Origin: Microcystis aeruginosa NIES-843
GTDB taxonomy: Bacteria > Cyanobacteriota > Cyanobacteriia > Cyanobacteriales > Microcystaceae
NCBI RefSeq assembly: GCF_000010625.1
Contig: NC_010296.1
Span: 2,310,001-2,342,000 of the forward strand
Reading direction: 5' to 3'
Length of the DNA stretch: 32,000 bases
In this document: positions 24,850-31,714 of the stretch, piece after piece
Position numbering within the stretch: the first letter of the stretch is position 1
How the letters are laid out: each line of letters starts with the position of its first letter
Translations under genes and position numbers: made by a program
Notes under the pieces: model-generated
What the model saw: the letters and a program-made list of their open reading frames with translations, nothing else
Told to the model about the DNA's origin: nothing
The model's database searches: none

Positions 24850-25071
24850 TTATAATTCGGGAACATTTTCCTGTTCATAATTTTCTATTAATATTCCCAA
24901 AATTTCCATTAAAGAAGCAAGAGGATGATTTTCATTTTCTCCTATTTCATCTATCAAATTATCTAACATAATTACTAATTGTTCATATTCTGATTCGCTA
25001 CGGGGTATAAAGAGTATTGGCTTTAAGTTTGTCCAGGCTTGCCGTGTTTTCTCTAGATCTATCGTCGGCAT
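24850..25071 (-). CDS. higA: HigA-like antitoxin, N-terminal domain only (HTH domain missing)
   Basis: MPTIDLEKTRQAWTNLKPILFIPRSESEYEQLVIMLDNLIDEIGENENHPLASLMEILGILIENYEQENVPEL parallels the first ~70 residues of E. coli HigA. The ORF stops where the C-terminal HTH should begin. Its ATG (25071) is 4 nt after the higB stop. Confidence 0.6.
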   Translation of the reverse strand: MPTIDLEKTRQAWTNLKPILFIPRSESEYEQLVIMLDNLIDEIGENENHPLASLMEILGILIENYEQENVPEL

Positions 25072-25075
25072 TTTT

Positions 25076-25363
25076 TTACTCCTTCCATTTATTTTTGTCG
25101 TATTCAGCATGAGTTAAAACTTCTCGAATATAAATTTTTTGTCGATTGTAATGAATCGCCGCTATGAGTCTAATCTTATTTCCGCCTATGTTAAAGACAG
25201 TCATTTTTCCTACTTTGTCAGCACTGGGGAAAATGGTTCTTAATGCTGCTATGGACTGAAATTGTCCTGTCTTCATTTTTTGATACCATTCTTTTAATGC
25301 TGATTTGGTTTCGGGATACCTTTCGGCAAATTCATTTAATTTCCTCCGACTGATAACGTGCAT
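25076..25363 (-). CDS. higB: HigB-family type II toxin (RelE-fold mRNA interferase)
   Basis: MHVISRRKLNEFAERYPETKSALKEWYQKMKTGQFQSIAALRTIFPSADKVGKMTVFNIGGNKIRLIAAIHYNRQKIYIREVLTHAEYDKNKW matches the HigB_toxin pattern. Confidence 0.85.
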   Translation of the reverse strand: MHVISRRKLNEFAERYPETKSALKEWYQKMKTGQFQSIAALRTIFPSADKVGKMTVFNIGGNKIRLIAAIHYNRQKIYIREVLTHAEYDKNKWKE

Positions 25364-25392
25364 TTTATTAATAAATCCCGAAAATATTGCCC

Positions 25393-26502
25393 TTAATTAG
25401 CTTTAACTTTCTGCCCGATCGTATCGGCAGTGGTAGTGGAAACCATGGCCGCCATAACTTGTTCGGGGGAAACCGTAAAAGGCAGACGATGAATGTCCGA
25501 ATTAGGCTGACAGGCAATTGCGGCCGCGTGGCGCAACTGGGCCAGGGAAACATCTCTTAATCCTAAATCCTCTAGGGATTTCGGTAAACCAATTTGTTCA
25601 TAAAACTGGATTAGTTGCCCCCGGGCCGATACTGCCAATTGATTACCCAAAACTATTTCCTCTAGACGCAATTGGGCGAGGATGCCGTAGGCGACTTTTT
25701 CCCCGTGCAGGGCATGATGGCAAGCGGGAATATGGGTTAAACCATTATGAATTGCATGGGCGGCCACGGTACGACAATTAGCGCCCCCCAAACCACCAAT
25801 TACTCCGGCTAATAAAACGGTGGCATCTACCACCTGTTTCCAGTCCTCCCCGCCGATATTTTCCAGGGCTGCCGGGGATTTTTGGAAAAGAATATCCCGC
25901 AAAACCCGGGCCTGTTGGACAGCGGCAATGATCAGGGTTTCTGTGCAATGACCGCTACTGACGGAAGCTTCGTACCATTTAGCGATCGCATCGCCAATAC
26001 CGGCGATTAAGGTTCTTTTCGGGGCAGTTTGGATAATACCGTAATCGAGAATTAATAAATCCGGGCAACGGGCTAGGGACAGATCGTAAAGAAACGCCCC
26101 CGCATCGGAATAAACGTTAGATAGGGCCGTCCAAGCGGCACAAGTGGCCGCGGAGGTGGGAATCGTGGCGATCGGCAAATGGCACTGATGGGCGAGTAAT
26201 TTGGCCGTATCGAGGGCCTTGCCGCCACCCACACCGATGATAAAATCTGCCTCATGACTCTTGACAGATGCCTTTAAATATGCTAAGGAATTTTCCGAAC
26301 AATCGGGGGCGTAACTGTGATAGCTAGGAGTGAGATTTTTCAGGGGAGATGACAAAAAAGCTAAATTGCGATCGCCGCCCACCACCAGGGGACGTTTACC
26401 CAAATCCGCTAATTTGCCGGTGGATTCTTCTAGGGCATTGTCACCCCGAATCACTTGTGCGGGGGCGATTAACAGGGGCAAAACAGCGACAGCATTGGAC
26501 AT
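25393..26502 (-). CDS. Iron-containing alcohol dehydrogenase family protein (glycerol dehydrogenase-like)
   Basis: 369 aa. GVGGGKALDTAKLLAH (NAD-binding glycine motif), DAIAKWYE and AAHAIHNGLTH...LHGEKVAYG (metal-binding His residues). Confidence 0.8.
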   Translation of the reverse strand: MSNAVAVLPLLIAPAQVIRGDNALEESTGKLADLGKRPLVVGGDRNLAFLSSPLKNLTPSYHSYAPDCSENSLAYLKASVKSHEADFIIGVGGGKALDTAKLLAHQCHLPIATIPTSAATCAAWTALSNVYSDAGAFLYDLSLARCPDLLILDYGIIQTAPKRTLIAGIGDAIAKWYEASVSSGHCTETLIIAAVQQARVLRDILFQKSPAALENIGGEDWKQVVDATVLLAGVIGGLGGANCRTVAAHAIHNGLTHIPACHHALHGEKVAYGILAQLRLEEIVLGNQLAVSARGQLIQFYEQIGLPKSLEDLGLRDVSLAQLRHAAAIACQPNSDIHRLPFTVSPEQVMAAMVSTTTADTIGQKVKAN

Positions 26503-26521
26503 TTTTTGACAACCTCAAGGA

Positions 26522-27034
26522 TTATTGGCTAATTTTAGCGAAACTTTCGGGAAAAAGCTGTAGTTCAGGTGTATTATCCCCCGGGGCGGTGAAGGATTTT
26601 TTAATCTGTCCTAAGTACAAAGGAGCAGATAAACCGGGCTGAGGGTGAACCAGAGTGCGAGCGCTAATGATAAATTGATTATTACCGCCAGCACCGGCGC
26701 GACCGGAGGAAAACAAGTCACTAGCGGCTTGTTTTAGGGTTGCTTCCACTTGCTCGGGAGTAACAGTATTGGGCAGGGAGATAACAGCTTGATTAGCTCC
26801 GTTATCATAGACAAGGGAGAATCTCACCGCTCCCGGAATTTCGGTACGGGTAAACAGTCCCAACCCAAGACCGAAAATCCCCACCGTCAACACGGCCATA
26901 AAGCTAGTGACACCGACGAGACGAAAGCGGATTCCCCAACCGACGAGAAAAGCGATAATCGTGAGTACCAAAAAAACCAGCGTGGCAATACCAGACCATT
27001 GGATGTATTTGGCAAAGTTCAGGGGAATGTCCAT
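26522..27034 (-). CDS. ycf51: Ycf51 family protein (DUF2518)
   Basis: MDIPLNFAKYIQWSGIATLVFLVLTIIAFLVGWGIRFRLVGVTSFMAVLTVGIFGLGL...GAVRFSLVYDNGANQAVISLP...LYLGQIKKS. The track ORF extends to 27316, but that extension is antisense to queE. Confidence 0.8.
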   Translation of the reverse strand: MDIPLNFAKYIQWSGIATLVFLVLTIIAFLVGWGIRFRLVGVTSFMAVLTVGIFGLGLGLFTRTEIPGAVRFSLVYDNGANQAVISLPNTVTPEQVEATLKQAASDLFSSGRAGAGGNNQFIISARTLVHPQPGLSAPLYLGQIKKSFTAPGDNTPELQLFPESFAKISQ

Positions 27035-27040
27035 ATTTTC

Positions 27041-27046
27041 TATAAT
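27041..27046 (+). promoter_or_regulatory. Perfect TATAAT hexamer between the divergent ycf51 and queE start codons
   Basis: TATAAT at 27041-27046 lies 9 nt upstream of the queE ATG, within a 21-nt intergenic gap. Pattern match only. Confidence 0.3.
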
Positions 27047-27055
27047 ACTGATTCT

Positions 27056-27673
27056 ATGAAAACGGTTAGCATAAACCATTGTACCTATCCTGTTGTCGAA
27101 ACTTTCCATTCTGTCCAGGGCGAAGGCTTTTGGACGGGAAGCAATGCTTTTTTCCTCCGTTTGGGAGGTTGCGATGTCTATTGCCCTTGGTGCGACCAAA
27201 AAGAGTCTTGGAATGCCCACCGTTATCCACAACAATCCCTGCGGGAATTGGTTGAGATGGCAAAAGGGGCTAACCCCGCTATGGTGGTGATTACCGGGGG
27301 TGAACCTTTGATGCACAATCTTGATCCTTTGACCAAGGAATTAAAAAATCAGGGTTTACGGGTACATTTAGAAACTTCTGGCGCTCATCCTTTTACCGGG
27401 GTTTTCGATTGGGTGACTTTTTCTCCTAAAACTTATAAAATGCCCGATCCTAGTATTTATGCACGGGTAAATGAGTTAAAAATTGTCGTGGCTCATCCAG
27501 AGGATTTAGACTGGGCATCTATGCAGGAAAGTAAGTTATCGGAAGGGGTGATTAAATATCTACAACCCGAATGGAATACAGCAGAAAGCAAAGAGTTAGT
27601 CTTTAATTATGTTCTTCGGCATCCCCAATGGCGTCTCAGTCTCCAAACCCATAAGTTTTTAGGAGTCCGCTAG
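27056..27673 (+). CDS. queE: 7-carboxy-7-deazaguanine synthase (radical SAM)
   Basis: YPVVETFHSVQGEGFWTGSNAFFLRLGGCDVYCPWCDQKESW (CxxxCxxC radical-SAM cluster) and the WRLSLQTHKFLGVR end. The start is taken as the ATG at 27056; the track ORF from 26750 is antisense to ycf51. Confidence 0.9.
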   Translation: MKTVSINHCTYPVVETFHSVQGEGFWTGSNAFFLRLGGCDVYCPWCDQKESWNAHRYPQQSLRELVEMAKGANPAMVVITGGEPLMHNLDPLTKELKNQGLRVHLETSGAHPFTGVFDWVTFSPKTYKMPDPSIYARVNELKIVVAHPEDLDWASMQESKLSEGVIKYLQPEWNTAESKELVFNYVLRHPQWRLSLQTHKFLGVR

Positions 27674-27997
27674 TCAGTTATCAGTTATCAGTTATCAGTT
27701 ATCAGTTATCAGTTATCAGGAGTCAGTTATCAGGAGTCAGTTATCAGGAGTCAGTTATCAGGAGTCAGGAGTCAGGAGTCAGGAGACTACTTTTTATTTA
27801 TTCTCCCCACTTCCCCATCTCCCCACTTCCCCATCTCCCCACTTCCCCATCTCCCCACTTCCCCATCTCCCCATCTCCCCACTTCCCCACTTCCCCATCT
27901 CCCCATCTCCCCCCGCAACGCGCACGAAGTGGTCTCCCCACTTCCCCATCTCCCCAATTCATAATTCATAATTCATAATTCATAATTCCCAATCCCT
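27674..27997. repeat. Compound microsatellite block D: 16 heptamers TCAGTTA/TCAGGAG (27674-27785); CCCCACTT/CCCCATCT octamers (27805-27955, interrupted at 27909-27935); AATTCAT heptamers (27956-27997)
   Basis: Read directly. The block starts at the base after the queE stop codon (27671-27673). Confidence 0.95.
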
Positions 27998-28023
27998 AAT
28001 TTACTAACAAGAGGTTAAATACT

Positions 28024-28341
28024 ATGTCTAACAACAATTCTGAACGAGTAGTGCGTCGTGGTCGAGTTTTTCCGGAGATGCAATCTACAGAGGAAGAAAA
28101 GGCCAAACATCGCGCCCGACAATTAGAATTTTATCATCGTTGTTGGCCGATTTTTCAGAGTTTACAGCCCCGGTTAATGAAACATTATTATGGTTGGTAC
28201 ATTGCGATCGAACCCGATAGCGGCGATTATTTTATCGATCCCGATCAAGAAGTGGCCAGTAAAAAAGCCAGGGCAAAATATCCCGACAAAATTCATCACA
28301 TCTTTGGCATTAATGAAACTGGAGTTAGTGGCAGAATATGA
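28024..28341 (+). CDS. Small hypothetical protein, partner of the retropepsin-like protease
   Basis: 105-aa ORF with GAGG 8-11 nt upstream of the ATG. Its TGA overlaps the next ATG (ATGA at 28338-28341). GWYIAIEPDSGDYFIDPDQEVASKKARAKYPDK resembles small DUF5678-like partners, but the assignment is tentative. Confidence 0.65.
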   Translation: MSNNNSERVVRRGRVFPEMQSTEEEKAKHRARQLEFYHRCWPIFQSLQPRLMKHYYGWYIAIEPDSGDYFIDPDQEVASKKARAKYPDKIHHIFGINETGVSGRI

Positions 28342-28700
28342 TTGAAGGGAGATTTGGAACCAAAGGACAAATTTATTTTGATATCGATTTAGTTGGCGAT
28401 GATGGATTGATTCTACCCGCAGAAGTTGTGCTGGATACGGGTTTTACCGAGTTTTTAGCCATAAATAGTCAAGATGCTGACAGTCTTGATTGGCGTTTTT
28501 TGCGACAAAATAAATTGATAACCGCTCAAGGAGAAGCATTTTTTGATATATATTTAGGCAGAGTAAGAATTGATGGTCAGGAATACGAAATTCCCGTCTT
28601 TGCAGGGGAGGCAATTAAGGAGATTTTGTTAGGTTCGCGGTGGCTAAAACAATTTATCTTAGTAGCTAATTATCAACAAACACAGGTGACATTAGGATAA
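28338..28700 (+). CDS. Clan AA (retropepsin-like) aspartic protease, DTGF type
   Basis: 120 aa. The catalytic motif [13 protein letters not shown] and the later ILLGSRWL (flap/dimer region) are consistent with single-domain retropepsin-like proteases of the AF_0612 type. Confidence 0.75.
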   Translation: MIEGRFGTKGQIYFDIDLVGDDGLILPAEVVLDTGFTEFLAINSQDADSLDWRFLRQNKLITAQGEAFFDIYLGRVRIDGQEYEIPVFAGEAIKEILLGSRWLKQFILVANYQQTQVTLG

Positions 28701-29392
28701 TGACAAAAAAGGCGATTATTTTACTTTCCGGGGGATTAGATTCAGCGACAACAGCAGCGATCGCTCTAGCTGCTGGTTATCAATTAATTGCCCTTTCCTT
28801 TCGTTATGGACAAAGACACGAACGTGAATTAGCGGCGGCGAAAAAAATTGCTAATTTCCTCAATATTAAAGAACATCATCTGATCGAAGTCAATCTATCT
28901 TTGTGGGGAGGTTCCGCTTTAACGGATCAATCTATAGCTATTCCCCAAGAGGGAATTAACCCAGATATTATCCCGATTACCTATGTGCCGGGGAGAAATA
29001 CAGTTTTTATTTCGATCGCTCTTTCTTTAGCGGAAGCAAGGGAAGCGGAGGCGATATATTTAGGAATTAATGCGGTGGATTATTCCGGTTATCCCGATTG
29101 TCGTCCCGAGTATTTAGATGCCTTTCAAACTTTAGCTAATTTATCATCGAAAGCGGGTTTAGAAGGGAAAGCACCCCAATTAATTGCCCCTTTGGTGATG
29201 GATAGTAAGGTAGATATCGTCCGTCGTGCCGTTAGTTTAGGGGTTCCCATTGCTGATACTTGGTCTTGTTATCAAGGAGAAGTTGAACCCTGCGGTTTAT
29301 GCGATTCCTGTCGCATCAGAGATCAGGCTTTAATTGAGGCCGGTTATCCCGAATTAGCCACTCCCCTGTTGAAAAACAGCCGGGGAAAATAG
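28700..29392 (+). CDS. queC: 7-cyano-7-deazaguanine synthase
   Basis: [20 protein letters not shown] (PP-loop) and the C-terminal Zn-binding [18 protein letters not shown]. Its ATG shares one base with the upstream TAA (TAATG). Confidence 0.95.
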   Translation: MTKKAIILLSGGLDSATTAAIALAAGYQLIALSFRYGQRHERELAAAKKIANFLNIKEHHLIEVNLSLWGGSALTDQSIAIPQEGINPDIIPITYVPGRNTVFISIALSLAEAREAEAIYLGINAVDYSGYPDCRPEYLDAFQTLANLSSKAGLEGKAPQLIAPLVMDSKVDIVRRAVSLGVPIADTWSCYQGEVEPCGLCDSCRIRDQALIEAGYPELATPLLKNSRGK

Positions 29393-29418
29393 GGAGGATA
29401 GTGAAAAATGGAGATAAT

Positions 29419-29991
29419 CTAGGCGATTAAATGTTCAATGAGGATTTTACTGCCGATTAATATTAAAACTAAACCGCCGAGAATTTCCACCTTTTGACTA
29501 AATAAATTACCGAATTTATGCCCGATAAAAACAGCTATAAAACATAGAGCAAAGGTAATAGAACCGATGACAGTGCAAGCTAAAAGTAAGGGAGTTTTAA
29601 TCATCGATAGACCCAAACCAACTACTAAAGCATCGATGCTAGTAGCGATCGCTAATCCGATTAAAGTATAGGAATCTAGAGGATTAAATTTTTTTTCCTC
29701 GTCATCATTTTGAACAGCTTCGTAGATCATTTTACTGCCGATCGCCCCTAAAATAATAAAAGCGATCCAGTGGTCAAAAGAAGCAAGAAAATCGCGACAA
29801 GTTAGACCAATACCCCAACCGATCATCGGCATAATCGCTTGAAATCCGCCAAAAAACAAAGCAATTTTCAAAGCCTTATTAACATGAATATGACGAATCA
29901 TCAGGCCACTGGTCAGAGAAACGGCCACGGCATCGGCGGCTAATCCCACGGCCACAAAGGAAGTGGTTAAAAGTTCGAGTGAAGTAAACAT
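29419..29991 (-). CDS. mntP: Manganese efflux pump MntP family (Mnx-like)
   Basis: 190 aa with six TM segments and duplicated DAxAVS/DALVVG motifs (LAADAVAVSLTSG ... IATSIDALVVGLG). Confidence 0.85.
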   Translation of the reverse strand: MFTSLELLTTSFVAVGLAADAVAVSLTSGLMIRHIHVNKALKIALFFGGFQAIMPMIGWGIGLTCRDFLASFDHWIAFIILGAIGSKMIYEAVQNDDEEKKFNPLDSYTLIGLAIATSIDALVVGLGLSMIKTPLLLACTVIGSITFALCFIAVFIGHKFGNLFSQKVEILGGLVLILIGSKILIEHLIA

Positions 29992-30128
29992 CTATAGTTG
30001 TTTATCCTTTAATTTCCCCCTATCTTAACTAATTTTTACCCAGAAAACTTTCATATTTCTCTCATGATCCTCTCATTTATCTATCATTTCTCTAACCTAA
30101 GTAGGTAGGCGTTAAAAGTTGTCAGATG

Positions 30129-30204
30129 CCCCCCTTATCAAGGGGGGATTAAAGGGGGGACTAAGGGGGGATCGGCACCCCCCTTATCAACGGGGGCAGG
30201 GGGG
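30129..30204. repeat. G6/C6 hairpin-rich element: two copies of CCCCCCTTATCAA(G/C)GGGGG plus extra G6 runs
   Basis: C6-TTATCAA-G6 at 30129-30147; G6 at 30154-30159 and 30165-30170; C6-TTATCAA-C-G5 at 30178-30196; G6 at 30199-30204. Confidence 0.85.
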
Positions 30205-30669
30205 ATCGAACCTAAAATCCATTTTTAATTTAATTATAACCAGCTACTTAATTAGTGAGAGGATCGAATTGAAAACGTTTAAAACCACATTACTGGTTTC
30301 TAACCGATCGCCTGCACCTGATGGATCGCTTCTGGGGTAAAACCGATAATATACTCAGCTTCTAGGACTTTTTCAGCCGCTACTGCGATTTTATCGGGAA
30401 ATTCAGCCGTAGGAGTCCGAGTAACCAATGCTACTGTTTCATAAATTCCCCCGAATTTTTTCCAGGACAAAGTTGAGGAAGATACCTTTTCCCATCATCG
30501 ATCATCCCGTCTGCTTTTAAGGTGGCGAACGCTACCATATAGGAAAAGTGCCAAGTAAAAAATTATGATAATTTCGAGAATTACCGGAGAATGAGGTGGG
30601 AGAGAACGGTGATAAAATTAGCTAATTGACTCCCCTAACTTAAGCACTCAATAACCGCTCACTGAAAAT

Positions 30670-31623
30670 ATGGCTGATTTTTTTAACACCTATGGTTTTT
30701 TAATTGTTTCAATGATATTTGGAGCCATATTAGGCATTTCAATTTATCTGCCCTTAATGGCCGGTCAATTATCCTTAGCAACCCCCGGTTTTTACGCTTT
30801 AGGTGGTTATGTTGCCGCCATTCTTTCCACGAAAGTTTTTACTAATACTGGTAGCAATTATCCCCTTAATTTGGTCTTTTTAGAAATGTTAATTGCTGGC
30901 ATTATTGCAGGAATATTAGCCATAGTTTTAGGTATTCCTGTTCTCCGTTTGCGAGGGATTTATTTAGCTATTGCCACAATCGCCTGGGTAGAAATTTTGA
31001 GAATTATTGCCCTTAATCTCGAGATAACTGGCGGTGCGGTCGGTATTTTCGCCATTCCCCAACCTTTCACCACTCAATTAGCCTACCTTTGGCTGGCCTT
31101 GCCCCTCTTATTCCTAACTATGCTGTTTCTCTACCGGTTAGAAAACATCAAAATTGGTCGGGCATTTAATGCCATTCGTGCCGATGAATTGGCAGCTGCA
31201 TCTATGGGAATTAATCCCACCTATCACAAAGTTTTATCCTTCACTTTCGGGGCAGTTTTAGCGGCAGTGGTGGGAGCGGTAAGCGCCCATTTTCTCAATA
31301 CTTGGAATTCCCGTCAGGGAACTTTTGATGCCAGTATTATTTTCCTGGCTTTCGTTTTAATTGGTGGTTCAAGAACTTTTGTCGGGCCCGTGGTGGGCGG
31401 CATTGTTTTAACTGCTTTGCCCGAAGTTTTACGCGCCCTCGGCGGCATGAATGGTTTACCAATTTGGTTAGGGAATTTCTTGCGCGATGGTCGTTTGATT
31501 ATTTTTGGAATTTTAATCGTTTTGGGAACAATTTTTTATCCCCAAGGCTTAATTACACCTGAATTAATCAAAAAACTAATTCCTTTTAAAAGACGTTCCT
31601 CTCTTAGTCAATTTGATTCCTAG
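30670..31623 (+). CDS. Branched-chain amino acid (LivM/HAAT-type) ABC transporter permease
   Basis: 317 aa and about 9 TM segments. SLATPGFYALGGYVAAIL, LRLRGIYLAIATIAW, RAFNAIRADELAAASMGIN and LIGGSRTFVGPVVGG are LivM-type motifs. Confidence 0.85.
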   Translation: MADFFNTYGFLIVSMIFGAILGISIYLPLMAGQLSLATPGFYALGGYVAAILSTKVFTNTGSNYPLNLVFLEMLIAGIIAGILAIVLGIPVLRLRGIYLAIATIAWVEILRIIALNLEITGGAVGIFAIPQPFTTQLAYLWLALPLLFLTMLFLYRLENIKIGRAFNAIRADELAAASMGINPTYHKVLSFTFGAVLAAVVGAVSAHFLNTWNSRQGTFDASIIFLAFVLIGGSRTFVGPVVGGIVLTALPEVLRALGGMNGLPIWLGNFLRDGRLIIFGILIVLGTIFYPQGLITPELIKKLIPFKRRSSLSQFDS

Positions 31624-31714
31624 TCATGGATCAATGTTGTCGATTGGATTCCTTTTTAATTAATGATATAATAGGATAGTTTATCCCCCTTTATATTCTC
31701 AGTCATCTCCGAGA

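Noticed and set aside
26750-27055. Long N-terminal extension of the queE ORF, and the reciprocal 27035-27316 extension of the ycf51 ORF
   Set aside because: The two extensions are antisense to each other's well-supported coding regions. Homology-like sequence begins only at the internal ATGs (27056 and 27034).
27787-27969. 60-aa ORF (GRWGSGEVGRWGDGEVGRWG…)
   Set aside because: It is a translation of the CCCCACTT/CCCCATCT octamer array on the opposite strand, so it is a repeat artefact.
29992-30128. Possible yybP-ykoY Mn riboswitch in the mntP leader
   Set aside because: Reading the - strand, I could not find the conserved GGGGAGUAG-type core or the four-helix layout. The stretch is AT-rich and unstructured.
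30119-30340. 73-aa ORF (MSDAPLIKGGLKGGLRGDRHPPYQRGQGGS…)
   Set aside because: It has a TTG start, and its first half is a translation of the G6/C6 hairpin element. It is treated as a repeat, not a gene.
30303-30540. Possible degraded - strand gene (MVAFATLKADGMIDDGK… then …YETVALVTRTPTAEFPDKIAVAAEKVLEAEYIIGFTPEAIHQVQAIG)
   Set aside because: It needs two frameshifts to join the pieces, and I cannot assign the sequence to any family. That is too weak to call a pseudogene.
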